This document shows positions 13,441 through 27,200 of a stretch of 64,000 bases of DNA, piece by piece. Location: positions 34,834,213-34,898,212 of the forward strand of contig OZ234493.1 of NCBI GenBank assembly GCA_965153455.1. Reading direction: 5' to 3'. This DNA comes from Sphagnum compactum. Its lineage: Eukaryota. The number at the start of each line of letters is the position of its first letter. Position 1 is the first letter of the stretch. The notes beneath the pieces are model-generated. The model saw only the letters and a list, made by a program, of their open reading frames with translations, was not told where the DNA came from and made no database searches. A program made the translations under genes and the position numbers.

Positions 13441-16325
13441 AAAAAAAAAAAGGAAAAAAAAAAAAGGCTACTGTGGACCATTGTTTTATACCCATTTGGT
13501 GTGAACTTGCCCATTTGGTTTTTCTCTTTTGAATATTTCAGCCTTGTTAGAAACTTTTACTTAAATTTTAATTTAAGTAATTAAAATTGGCTTACTAGTT
13601 TGTGGGTCCCCTTCCCTTTGCTTCCTTTTGATAAAAAAAATAAATATAAATAAAATTCCAAAATAAAATAAAATTGGGGACTTATTAGGCTATACTATGA
13701 GGGGTTGGAGGGGGGGGGATAATTTAAATGAATTTTGGGATTTTTACCATGGTACCAACATGGGTGCCACCAGTTCACCCAAGGCTCTTGACTATGGGTA
13801 ATTAACTAGGCTATGAGTGAGTGAGTGAGTGCTTTCATCTTCTCTTTCTTTTTTTTCCTCCTTTCATTTGGGTGGTTTCATTTTGCTGAGTATCTCAATG
13901 GGTACTTGGGCTTTTATTCTCTCTCGGGCACACACTTGTTGTGATTAAAATTGCTATTGGAATAGGACAAAAAATAACAAACCCTAATTTTCACTTGATA
14001 GGTGAACTCATGAAACCTGACATCCCTTATTCGGTTTTGTTTTTCTCTCTCTCTCTCACTCACAATGCCCAACTTGCCCAACTTGATATTTGGGCATTGA
14101 GATCCACTTCACTAGTCACAATTTTTTGAACAACTACCGAGTGTAGTGTGTGGAACAACAAAGTGTCAATAGCCTTTCGAAAAGCATAAAACAAAGTGTC
14201 CAACTTTGTTGGATACTCACCTTTTCCCATGATCTCTAAACCCTAAAAGCTACTAGGTGGGCTTCTAAATCCTATGTTTTGCTTGCTTATAATATATTGT
14301 CTTTTACTAATGAATGGGCTCCATCCATCCATCCACTCTTTTGCTTGGCTTCTTAGTTGAGGGCCTTACAACTAACTCTGGGACCCTCTCCCCAAAACCC
14401 TATCTACCAAATTCCTATCCTGCTGTCCACAATTTGCCACATGTTTTGTTATCAATGGCCAATTTTGGGTCACAGGATGAGGAAGTGAGGTAGTGTATGT
14501 TCCATCCCCATGTATGTACCCGTGCCGGGGCGGCGGTTATCTGAATTTTTTTTTGGGAATAATAGTCGGGTTTGGGTTTAAGATGCATTTTTAAAGAATG
14601 GGTCACGTCTAGGTTTATAGGAGGGGCGAATATGAGGCAAGGCTAGGGCTTGGATACATTTGAAGGCACATATGTGTACAATCTCGAAGCTTTAACCAAA
14701 AAATAAATAAAATCTTGATTAATTTATATATATATATATATATATTTATTTATTTTTTTTTAAAAGTTATTTTTGGAATTGAGGCATTTTTTTTTCTAAA
14801 CTTCTAAACCTAATTAAAAGAGATAATCCTCATGGGAATCCTAATGTGATTCAAAACGAATGTTTTCTTACACATGATTCTTTCTCATCCACTTTTTCCA
14901 TGGTCCTTCCATGTACATGTTTCATATGCTTCAAAGAAAGAATCCTTTCAAAAAACATTCATCTCTCTCAATCCATAACTCCTCAAAGACAAATTGACAT
15001 TATCAATCAATCCCCTCAAAATAAGATAAACCTTCAAATGTAAATAGACCATTCCCCCCTACTCTCCTCAGACATTCATAGACCCTTAATCCTTCCAATA
15101 GTGACTAAGCTTCAACCCTTGAGACCCTCAAAGACACAAACACCCTGAATCCCACAAACCCTAGTTCCCAAACCCTTAAAGACACAAAAAAATAGATAGA
15201 CGGACTCTCAATGACACAAATAAACACATATACACACACACCTTCAAAATACATAGCTTCAAAGACACAAACACACATTGACCCTCAAGGACATTAGGCA
15301 AACTCTCAAAGAATCATATAATCCCATACAAACTTTTCATCTTGCCATTATAAAAATTAAACACCCAACATAGAACCGTTTTGCAATAGACTCCCAACAC
15401 TCATGTTGTCGTCATATCTTGTGTTTAGGGAGGTTAATTTTGAGTTTAGTTAGTGGTTATTTTAGCTAGTACGGTAGAATGGTAACATTTTAAAATCATT
15501 GGTAATAAGTTTACTTATTATCTCCATTTATGAAGGAAGGGATGTCAACTAGTTTTGAGTTAGTTTTAAGAGTTAGTTAGTTAACTAGCTATCATTTAAG
15601 TAAGAGTTAAAATAAGGGCAAATTTGGAAGGAGGAGGTCCAACTTTTTTCATGGGAAGATGGGGAAGGATATTGAGAATTTAAAGAGGGGATGTGGCTCT
15701 TCTAAGGCTCTTTAGTTATATTCCATTTTTTATTTTTTTTAATTTCCTTTTCTCACTTTTTTTTTTTTTTTTCTCCAGACATTCATTTGAACTTATTGTT
15801 ATTGTTCCATCATATTGTCCTAAGGGAAGGGCCGGTCCTATGTACTTCCGTTTTGGGCCATGAAGGCATAATGAAAGAAATATGGGTTTCCCAAGGATCT
15901 TTAGAATTTTGCTACATTTCAGTGTGTGGAAAATGGGACTATAGAAAGAGAACTTTGCCTTTATTTGTTTCTTCTAAAGTCCCTCAGTTCCTTCAGATGA
16001 CATTATCACTAAAGTTTAGGAAATAATTATGTTACATAACAAAATTATCATTGCATAGAAATTTGATGAAGAATTTACTAACCTTTTTTTTTTTTAATAG
16101 TTGTCGCATAGTTATTGATTGTATTATTATTCTTGATTTTATTATTTTTCTTGACATTACCATTCGCTTTGAAGGTAATTGCAAGGCCCCTTGTTTGAGC
16201 TTTATTTACATCTTGTAGGAATTTGGGGTTTCTTGATTAAGGTTTAAATAATTAATGTTTATGATTAAGGTTTAAATCATGTCCTTGAGTCCCATATTTC
16301 TTTCATTATGCAGGAGTCCCATATG

Positions 16326-16617
16326 TCTTTGAGTCCTTGGCCAAATAAGCATTGAGTTTGGCAAGCATGTTCAAGCTTTGGTCAGTTACTTCACAAGGTC
16401 TTTGAGTCCTTGGCCAAAATGAGCATTGAGGTTGGCAACCATGTTCAAGCTTTGGTCGGTTACATCAAAAGGTCTTTGAGTCCTTGGCCAAAAGGAGCAT
16501 TGAGTTTGGCAACCATGTTCAAGCTTTGGTCGGTTTACTTCAAAAGGTCTTTGAGTCCTTGGCCAAAATGAGCATTGAGTTTGGCAACCATGTTCAAGCT
16601 TTGGTGGGTTACTTCAA
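16326..16617. repeat. ~74-bp tandem repeat, 4 units
   Basis: GTCTTTGAGTCCTTGGCCAAA..AGCATTGAGTTTGGCAACCATGTTCAAGCTTTGGTC starts at 16326, 16398, 16472 and 16547. Confidence 0.92.
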
Positions 16618-18489
16618 TACGAGCTTCCAGGCTTTAAGAAAAAGGTTCAAAGAATCCATAAGTTACATGCAGAAAATTGGCAAAGAATTGTCAGTTCAGG
16701 CTACACACTCTTCTACCAGTTTTTTAATTTTAATTTTAATTTATTTTTTTAAATTTTTTAAATTTTTTTGAGAATTGTGGTTAAAGGGTCAAAACCGGTT
16801 CTTTGATTTTTAATTTAACCACTAGTCAGGGATCCATATACCCTGCCCTTATCTATTTTCATCTTGTGACGCCAAAAGCTTAAGACATGAACTTTGGGTG
16901 ATGTTGTTCTTGACATCACTCGAATGACATCAGTTTAGGCCTTTTATTTTGGGAATTTCCCCACCCTTTGAAAACTAACTAACTAACTAGGGTTGGGTTT
17001 TAGGGTTTAGGGTTTTAAAATTTATAATTTGTCGAGTCCCCCAAGCTCCAAATTTAGGACACACATACACCTAAGTTGGTTGAATTCACTCCTACCCAAT
17101 GGCATTACTTTAATTTTGGTCACTTGTTTTGTTCCTTCTAGGTCTCTAATTTTAGGCACCATTTGTTGGTGGGGGACATTTGTTTCATTGTTGCAAATGT
17201 TTTAGTAATGTGCTTTGAGAGTTGCATCTTTTTTTCATGCCATTAATAACTTTGGATAGGGTCATGTCTTTGAACTTTGAGATGTATTTTACTATTATTA
17301 TAATGAACCCTAAATAATTGTTATGCATTTAAGGCAGTGCTTTTCTTCTCTTTTTTCAATTTTTTAAAAAAAATTATGAAAGTGGCATATTTATGCTGAG
17401 AAAATATATATTGCATACTTGAAGAAATTAAAAAAACATGTTTTTTCATTAAGAAGTTTTATCAAAAACTTTCACAAACAAGGCTATTGGAAAACTTTCC
17501 ACCAGTTAGTAGAGAAAACACTGATCTCCAGTAATGAGAAGCAACTCAATAACTGGATAATGGAAAATACTAGACCAGACACATTTGTGCAAAGCATGGG
17601 AGCTATGGGAGGGTTTTTTTTTAAAAAAATTAATTTTTAAAATAATTTAGTATTTTGAAAAAAAATTATTTGTTGTTGGGTGTGTAGATTATTTTAGACA
17701 TACGCTCTTTGTAAGTGTAAATGAAAATTTGAAATTTATTTACACTCTGTGTAAGTGTAAATTCTCATCCATAGTTGTGTAAGCGTATTAATGTAAATGC
17801 CTAACTTTGGATGTGTATGTTCTATATTGTGTAAATTCATTTTAAACTATGTAAAACCATGTGAATGTCAATATAAATTATTTACATTTATTTATCATAT
17901 AAATTAGTGCAAATTTTCTTTATTTTTTGGAAAAAGAAAAATTTGTGAAAAAACGTCAATGTGGGTGCCAATGAATAAAGAATTCTCAAAATTTTGGAAT
18001 TTTTTTAGTGATGAGTTAATCAAAATGGCCTATAGTCCTAAAAGAAAACTTTGGTATGCATCGCATCTAATTAACATGAATCATGGTAGGTACACAAGCA
18101 CATATGCATTACCTTATTTGTATAGAAAAAATTAATTAATTAATTTTGAGGAACAATAAAAATATTGGAATTTTTTTGTGAAGGGCCAAGCAAAGTGGCT
18201 CATTACCAAAAACAAAAGTTGAGTTTCAGCATGCACCTACAACTAATTATTATTGTGGAGTGCAAATAGGTATATTCACCAAGGGTATACAATATATACA
18301 CTTATACTTACCTTGCCAAAAACATTTACTTTGTAAGGCCATGTAAGTGTAATTGAATTTTTTTACATTTTTCAACATGTAAATGTAAATTTATATCATT
18401 TATATCATACCTTTTAATATGAGAGTAATATCATTTATACGTACCTTTTTTACAATGAGAGTATATACATGTGTATTTACGGTTACCCT

Positions 18490-18937
18490 CCCAACATTGG
18501 TTGTGACTCCCAAACCTTAGTGCCACCCACTATGCTTTTGGTATAGTTGGAAAGCTCTCAATGAGTCAAGGTGCAATGAGATGGTTTCACTATGTTTAAA
18601 CCTATGATGTAGTAGGATTCATAAATATTGAACAATTTTTAATCATTTAGAAAATTCAACAAAATCAAAAACTAAAACTTTTAGGAAAGTTGGGGTAAGC
18701 TCTTGGCACTATTGGAAAGCCCTTACCAATGGCATTTTATGGAGGTGTAATTTCATAATTTCTAAACCTAAGGTATGATGAAGATATCAAAATTTGGGTA
18801 ATTTTTGCCACTGAAAATTAAAATTTTAAGTGTTATTTTTTCATAATTTGACTCTATCTATTCTCAAAGTTTTGTTCACACTTGAAACAATTAAATAATC
18901 ATGTTCACACTTGCGCTCGTGACACAAGTCACACTAG
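18490..18937 (+). mobile_element. Possible non-autonomous Helitron 3' portion
   Basis: Ends in a short stem GTGAC-ACAA-GTCAC followed by A-CTAG|T, with an internal repeated TTGGAAAGC block. Left boundary uncertain. Confidence 0.3.
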
Positions 18938-19229
18938 TTAACTTTAAGCTAGAGGTATCCACAACTTGTTGCTATATCTTAAATGGTGGTGTGGCCACCT
19001 ATAGTGATAATTTATAACTAATTTTACATAAATCAATATTTCAGAATATCACTTGCTTCAAATTCTAAATCCTCTTGTATTTTGTGAGAAGATAAAAACT
19101 TCAAAATGAAATTTCAATGACTTCTTGCCAAACTTGTTTATTTGGTGAGTTTTGGGTGCCTCTCTAACTTTTATTGTTGCAATTGCACTTCAAGAGGAGC
19201 TTTTACACAATCATCATATACTTTTCCAA

Positions 19230-21513
19230 CTAGTCTGAACCCCGTGCCTAATGCACAGGTGTGTAAATAAATCAACATTAAATAAAACTGATGTTTTCTT
19301 GGGGGTAGAACAGGCACAATTCCATGATGAAAATGCCCAGAGATCTATTTCCAAAATTATTTTGCAGATTTTACTGGAGTATAATGTCTCTGGGGGGCAA
19401 ATTAAGAACAAACCGGAGTGGTCTGAATCAACAGATTACATCGTGTAATGATCCATTATTCTGCCCTGATCATTGTCCTCAAACCTGTGAATGTCGAGAT
19501 TGAACATTCTGGATAGGTTGGTTACACACTGGAATGGGTTTAATTCCCTCCCCCATTCAACATTTTGGATAAGTTGGTTACATTACTGGAATGGGTTTGG
19601 TTCCCTCCCCCCATTGAACATTCTGGATAAGTTGGTTACATTACTGGAATGGGTTTGGTTCCGTCCCCTGTTGAACATTCCGAATAAGTTGATTCCGCAC
19701 TTGAATGAGTTTGGTTCCTTGCCCCATCGAATATTCCGGATACGTTGGTTACGTACTGGGATAGGTTGGTTACGTACTGGAATGGGTTTGGTTCCCTCCT
19801 CCCATTGAACATTCTGGACAGGTTGGTTACACACTGGAATGGGTTGGGTTTGGTTCCCTCCTCCCATTGAACATTCTGGACAGGTTGGTTACGCACTGGA
19901 ACCCCGTGCCTAATGCACAGGTGTGTTATTTCAACAATGTTTGGTTCATGTTTTAGTTTTTTTTCAAAACTTTTATCTTTTATATTTTTTATTTTTATGT
20001 GTTTTCTGTTTTTATTATTATTTTGTATAATAAAAATAAAGTGTTTCTTTTTCACTTTTGTATTTTTGTTTATTTGGATGCAAGTTTGAAGTTTGGAGAA
20101 AGAAGACACACCTCATTCTTTTTCAAGTAGGGTTTTTCTTCATTATTATAAGTTTTATTTTTTCTTGTTTTCTACTCTTTATTTGTTTTCTTCTTTTTTG
20201 TAATTTTTTCCTTTTGAAATGATTTTACTGTATTTCCCTTTCCTTGTTTCATTTGTTTCCATTCCTTTTTATAGTTTTTGTGTTTTTACTTTTTTTTGTT
20301 TATGTTTGTTTCATGTTTTATTTTTTCTATTCTTATTTTGTCTATCTTAATTTTTTTCTGTTTTTATGCGTTTATTTATTTATTTAGTTTCTATTTTCTT
20401 TTCAAAAAAATTCTAGTTTTTCTAATATGTTTTATAATAAAAATAATTTAATTTTTTTTTTAATTTTTGTTTGATTAGATGCAGGTTTGAAGTTTGGAAA
20501 AAGAAGACAAACCTCATTTTTTTTGTCAAGTATGGTTTTTTTTTTCTCTTTCTTTTGCTCTCTGTTTGGTTTCTTATTTTTTGTCATCTATTTTTAAATT
20601 TTCTTTTAAGATTATTTTACTGTATTTCCCTTTTTTGTTTCATGTTTTAAGTGTTTACAAAAAGTTTCTAATTGTTAAAGTGTTTTTCTGTTTTTATTTT
20701 TTTCTAGTTTTTCCCCTTTTTAAAATATGTATTTGTTCTGTTTGGATGTGTTCATCCATTGAAGAGCCCTCAGGAGCAGGCTTTCCCCTATATTTCATAA
20801 CTTTTATTTTTGCTGCATGGTGATATCATTGAAGTACCTTACTACCTTGGAAGCTTTGACACTAATTATATGATTTTTATAAATTTTGAAATTAAAAAAA
20901 ATTGGAAGAAATAAATCATTTCAAGGAAAATATAGATTCTTTTGAAATATTAAGGATTTTTTTGACATGGAATATTTATAATTAATTATTTATTTGACAG
21001 ATATGTGTTGAAGCTGTCCCCTCTACTACAATAATCAGAAATCCACAATGGGGTTCAGAATCTTGGTGTTGAATGGAAATTTATCCCCTTCCTGTTGCGC
21101 AAACCATAGGTAGGGTGTTCTTAGGAAAAGCTATTAGTCCAGGCCAAAAATAGTGGCAGCCAATTTTAGGAATAGAATTTCCATGCAACCAATGAGAAGT
21201 CGTGTCATGCAGTGAAGGGGCCTCCCTTTTTGCCTTGTGGGTGGAGGGAGGGGGGGAGAGGAAGGGGATTTTTTTTGGCAAGTTGTGTTTGGTGTGGAGA
21301 GTGGACTGTCCACTGTTCAATTTCCACTTGAACAGTAGATAGTCACCCTTTCCATGCATGCTTTGTCAAATGTTGTCCTCCTTTCACCCCCATTTAAGCC
21401 GGATGACGGGATGGATGAAATGTCCGTACGACTTAAATAGACGAATGACGGGATGCATGGATGACGGGACAGACTCATTCAGGGGAAGCTTCATTTCTCC
21501 TTTACTATATGTA
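19230..21513 (-). mobile_element. Probable non-autonomous Helitron with an internal minisatellite
   Basis: Minus-strand 3' end CCTGTGCATTAGGCACGGG hairpin, then GTTCAGACTAG|T at 19230. The hairpin block is duplicated at ~19899-19925. The 5' end near 21513 is tentative. Confidence 0.5.
19500..19900. repeat. ~55-60 bp tandem minisatellite, about 7 units
   Basis: Unit TTGAACATTCTGGATAGGTTGGTTACACACTGGAATGGGTTTGGTTCCCTCCCCCCA repeated with variation. Confidence 0.9.
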
Positions 21514-22488
21514 ATAATTTGTCAGCTGACATGATATCAAGGTTTAACCCTAAACCTTGATTTAGCTGACAAATTGGGTTTAGGGTTTAGGGTTTAACCT
21601 AGCCTACATGAAGAATTTGTTGCTGCCCTTGGTATTCATGTTGGTTCAAGTCTCATGAATTTTTTTCACTGACAATGTGCTCCTTCTACCCACTTTCAAA
21701 AAGCAATAAGAAGCCAAAGAACATTGTATTTATTTATTTAAAAAGAACATTCCAAAGTGGGGCAATGGGAATAAATTAATAATATGTAGGGTGAATGAAG
21801 GCCATGGGTGGGAGAAATGCCCAAGATTGGGGGACCCAAGCTTTACTACCCCTTCATCCTAAGCCCCACATTTTGGGAGGATTTTCCTACTATATTTGGA
21901 GGGCACCTTATTTCATGGATATTTCTCTTAGAAAAGAGAAGAGATCTTATACACCTACTATTTAAGAGTGGGATGAAAATTATATCTCTAGACATAGAGA
22001 GAGAAAATTAATTGACTACATATTTTAGGTGTGAATGATCCACAATTGAGTTATTAAGGTTTGAGTTAGTGTTGGGCAATTTTTTAAATTTGTATGAAGA
22101 ACATTTGATTTTCATACTAAAACATAAATTAAAATTGTTTTGGTTCCACACATAAATGGAATCATTAAAAATCGAATTCTAGGTTTGATTTTTCAAAAAA
22201 AAATATTTATGCATAAGTTTTGAAATTCTCAATATCAATTTAATTTGAAACATTATAAGCAATTTTTTATAAATTGAAACGAGAATCAGTTTTATAACAT
22301 TTCTCACATTTTAAATTTGGATTCCTTAATTCAAAAAAATATGACTAACATATGAAAAAAATTATTGTTCAATTCTACAAATATATTGTTAATAAATGAA
22401 AATGTAAATGTAAATTGACATGTGAACTATGTCCAACCAACTGTGTATCTCACTTGGTCAATAGCACTTGTCCTAGTTAACCCCGTTG

Positions 22489-22607
22489 TTCCCTTCTTGT
22501 TTACATTCTCAATTGCAAATTCATTGTAGTGATTTTTTTACGGAATTCCCCTTCTTGGTTACATTCTCAATTGCAAATTCATTGTAGTGAAATTTTTACG
22601 GAATTCA
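22489..22607. repeat. ~57-bp direct tandem duplication
   Basis: TTCCCTTCTTG.TTACATTCTCAATTGCAAATTCATTGTAGTGA.TTTTTACGGAATTC occurs twice. Confidence 0.9.
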
Positions 22608-23790
22608 TTAGAAAATCAGTGAATTTTTGAATGAATTGGACCCATATTTCCTTGTAGGGTTTAGGGTTTAGGTTGATAAGAGCAAGCAATGCTTTGAGCT
22701 ATAGTTGACCTATTCAATTAAAGTATGTCACATTAGCAAACATTCTCAAATCCTTGTTTTCTATAATGAGTTTGTGGTTCAAGAGAGGAACTTTGGCTCT
22801 TAGGTTGGTTCAGTTGCTTGAAACCCTAGTTTAGATTCCAACCTACTTGATGATAGTTTGGGGATTTTGTGACCCAACACCCACTAATCCACCATGTATT
22901 GAAAACTTGTTTTGCTTCAATTCATGCGGATGAATCATTAAGTTACAAAGCTTACACATTGGAAAACTATCTTGTAAACCTTCCTACTTGAACAACTTCA
23001 CACAACCTAGGTGACTTCTTAAATAAGTGAGTAAAACCTCTTTTACACTAGAGCTTAAAAAGCCCATGACCATCAAAATAAAAAAAATCTATGATTTGAG
23101 GAAAAGCCATTTTAGGGTTAAGTTCACTTTACACAAGGTTGAAGGACCAAGGGGCTAGGGAAATGTAAATGGATGAAAAATTAACATTAAATACATTATG
23201 GATAATGTTTCATGGTCTAACAAATTTGTTGTAAGGCCCACCTTGGCATATCCACTTTTAACAACAAGTCTGTTATACCATGAGCTCAAAAAACCATTAT
23301 TGGTCAGATTTTGATGGTCCACACTTAGGTTTTTTTATAACTTTTTTTTAGAGGTGGGTTGGACATTTGTTAGACCATGAGCCCAAAAAGTCATGATTGA
23401 TATACAAACATTTTGTCCTGACTTTTTTTTTCTCAAAAATTTCAATAATTTTTTTTTGAATGTGGGCGTGAAGTTCATTAGCCCATGGGCCCAAAAGTCA
23501 TGTTTGGTAAAAAAAAATTACAATTTTTGTTTTTTTTTGGCTCTTCTGAAATCCATGGTGATCCTACTTGTTAAATGAAGAAAATGGAGGAAGAGGAAAT
23601 TGATGAAGAAAACCCTAAGTTAGTGTAAAGAGAGGGTAAGTCATGATCCCTCCCAATAGTGTAAAGGGGGCCTAAGTAGGGAATATAAGTAAGTAGGGAA
23701 TACAATTTAAGTACAGGGGATATTATAAGTGGTTCCATTGTAAGTAAATAAATCGTTTGGTGGGTACGTATTAGGTAGGTAGGTAGATAC

Positions 23791-24217
23791 GGCAAAAGTG
23801 AACCAGCACCCACCAGGGTCAAGTGCACCGTCAAGTGCACCAGGAAGGATGGATGAAGGATGGATGGTAAGTGGTCAAGAAATAGTTGGGTCCCAGTTCC
23901 TTAGCTAACCATGGTGATTCGTGCGATTGCCTTTTTCTTACCTACATATTAACAACTAACTTGCAGGTTGTCGGGACTTAGTAGGTAGGTAGTAAAAAAA
24001 AACAGCCTTTTACCTTTGTACATACCATCTACTTATTTACTAGTCACCTATTTTCCTACCTTTTTACCTATATATATATAGGACCTACTTCTTACAAAAT
24101 GGGTTACCAATGTGAAACCAGATATTAACTCAGTTGAGGTTCATCCATCCATCACTGAGACCTAACAGGCATCCAATGGATGGTGTCCTGATGGGTGCTG
24201 GTGGGTTCACTCTGGCC
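23791..24217. mobile_element. Short MULE-related (MITE-like) element with termini like those of the 12-kb MULE
   Basis: Left end GGCAAAAGTGAACCAGCACCCACCAGG; right end CCTGATGGGTGCTGGTGGGTTCACTCTGGCC. No TSD detected. Confidence 0.55.
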
Positions 24218-27200
24218 ATTTGGGGGTTTGTCATCCATTCCCTTCATTCAGCCCCCAAACAAAAACTGTTCTTCCCTGTTAAACCCTCTCTTGAAAGCAA
24301 GGAGAGGGTTGAAGAAGGTCAATTAGGCTAGTTCAAAAGGCTTTGCAAAACTGATCGAAGTGTTTTTGGAGCTGAGATTGAATGATTAGACACTGTCAAT
24401 TAAAACTCTGGCACACCAACCAAACAAGGGGGCCCCTAGTGATGAAGCAAAGTTCTCATCCTCTGACAAGAAAGATTCCTGTGAAGCAGCTTAGCTACAC
24501 CCAACAAGTTGTGTGCTCAACTGCATGCCAGTCCCACACCCACTATAAGGATGGGAAGTGCTGCAGCAGCCTGTAAAGTTATCCGTAAAGTCACCCTCTC
24601 TTTCACCCCCTATCCTCTTTGCTTTCACCCCCTATCCCCTCTTTCAATGGTATCCCCAAAGTAAGGAAATTTAATAAATCTCAGTATGAAATTGTTGAAA
24701 CTCAGCATCTAATGCACAAGGTTCGAAACTAATTATAGTAGTTGGTACAGGTAGGAGCAGTGAAAATATATATAGCAGCAGCAGTGGAGGCGCTCAGGAA
24801 AAAGGAAAGAGGGGGATGAAACTGAGTTTACTACTAAAATTGGTGGAAATGCCCAGTTATTGTGTTCCACAATTTGCATTCGACCTGGTTTGTGGGATAC
24901 GATCAGTTTTTTTTTCTCTTTTTTTTGGTTGTTTCAATTTTGTGATGTAGCCACATTGGTGATCGTGCACAAGAGGATTTAGCCAAATTTGGCTACAGAC
25001 AGAGGAAGGTAGAACAATATAAAGAATCCTGCTATATATATTGGTGACCTGCAGGATCTATTGCCTAAATATGGCGATTTCATAAAACATACCCTCTTCA
25101 AAGGCAACTTTGGCATTTAAAAATAAAATTAAAATCCTTTATATGAGTTGCACTGGAGTTTTTTCTGTTGCCAAGTGATGAAAATTTCTTATGAAAAGAA
25201 AATACCGGTAATACAATATAGGCAACACCTTCCATGTAAACAAAAATGGAGTTAAAACCCCCTCCATGGTGTTTTAACTCTTAGGTGAAGAAGTGTTCGA
25301 GTTTGTGGTTGTTTTAATTAGGGTTAGGGTTTTAGTTAGTCAATTTGATAGCGGCAATGGATTTTGGTGGTCCTCACAAATGAGAAGTTATTGTTTATGT
25401 TTGGGTTTGATTGGTGGTTTCGAGATTTTTTGTGTGGTTTGTCAATGTGTGTTAAGGTTTGCAAAGTTGGGGGTTTGTAAAGCTGCAAGAGTGGTCATGG
25501 TGGTAATAATAATAAGCATGTGGCTGCTGGTGGTGGTGTGGCTTCTCCATATGTGAGTATGGTTGTTCATGTTTGACCTAAATTTTCATCACATTGTTTT
25601 TCTTAGTGGGAAACAATGGTGTCAACAACAAGCAATTCTCCCATTCAGAACAAGGTAAAGCTAATAGAGGCACGATCATTTCTCTTATCGTAGCAATGAA
25701 AGATTTTTCTTTAAGAAATAGTGTCCTGTTTGGGATTCTTTACAATTTTGTTATTGGTTTATTCCTCTACTAGGTGAAAAGTTTTTGCTTGAAATTTTGA
25801 CCATGTATACACATGTAGAAAAACATTTTTTATAGCCTTCTTTTGCACTACAAGATTATTTGCAATAGTGTTGTGTGCAACAATAATTTGCTTTGTGATA
25901 AACTTACCCTATAAAACAACGGGTGTGTCACATTGTGACCTTGCCATTTACATTAAAGGTATCTGAAGGCAAAAAAAGAATTATGGAAACTCAAATATTT
26001 CACCATGCAAAATTATAATCTTCAAAAAATCCTTTAAAAGAAACCAAAATCCTTCAAGATATTATAACTCTGTAACTAATCTCAAGTTTCAATGTCACAA
26101 GCCAAAATATCATCTTTCAAGAATCCTCATTTAAAAATAGACCTCTAACCTAGGGGCCAAAATCCCTTAAGCTACTATACTCTATATCGAATCTAAACAC
26201 AATATCCTTGCCTTGGTAGGCAAGGCCAACAAACCTTGTTCAAAGTGTTTGCAACAACAAGAATGTTCCCCTCTTGTATGTTAAGAGTATCAACAGCGTA
26301 CTTACCTACAAATTTAGTGACCCAAGTAACTATTCCAATTTAAACCCTTTTGTTCTTTTCAAAAATCTACCAAGCTTGTAAACCACTTGGGTTTTGCTTT
26401 TAATAGCAATTTTAAGTTTCCATGACTTCTCTCTCAATATTTCAAGTTGCAAGTCTAAATATTTTTTTTTGAGATTTAGGATATTGATTGCAATGTTGCG
26501 TTCTTTCAACATATTGGCCATAACTATTCAAGTTGAATTAGGTCATAATTTGAGAATTTCAAAAGTTATTGACATATATGTGTTAGAGATAACAAGCTTC
26601 ACAACATATTGGGCTTGAATAAGGTCATTGCATGGCTATAGGTTACATAATAATTAGTTGAAAACATTTTTGCTACCTCTAATGGATCTCAATATTGTAC
26701 ATGTGACTACAAATGATATCCAGTTGGATATTTTAGTGTAACCTCCTTTTCCTTTTGTTGAAATGGTGGTAGATTTGAAATTTTTATATGCATACTATGT
26801 GGTTGAATATGCACGGATCTTGTGATCATAAATATCACATTTTATGCATGTAAACATGGTTGTGACTATGGCGATTGGTCAATTGCTTCTCAGTTTTGCT
26901 TCTATTTTCTCAAGTGTAAACTCTTTTTTCTACTTGTTGAAATGTTCGGTTGCAACATAAGGTGAACCATTTTTTGCATCACATTGCAATTTTTTGTAAA
27001 ATGTCATGCATTGACATGTCATACAACCATCACTATGTCAAATTTTCCATTGGTTTCAAATTTTTAACTTGAATAAAATATTTTTTTATTGCACCATATA
27101 TATACACCACATATAGAGTAATGAACTTTTGAATTAAAAAAATATCAACTAATTTTTTACTTGTGATTTTATATAAATAATTTCTTTTAATGGATTGTGT

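Noticed and set aside
19491-20109. CRISPR-like arrays or ORFs here and at 16326-16617, 40575-40855 and 49795-49970
   Set aside because: Units repeat head-to-tail with no unique spacers, there are no cas genes, and the context is eukaryotic; these are minisatellites.
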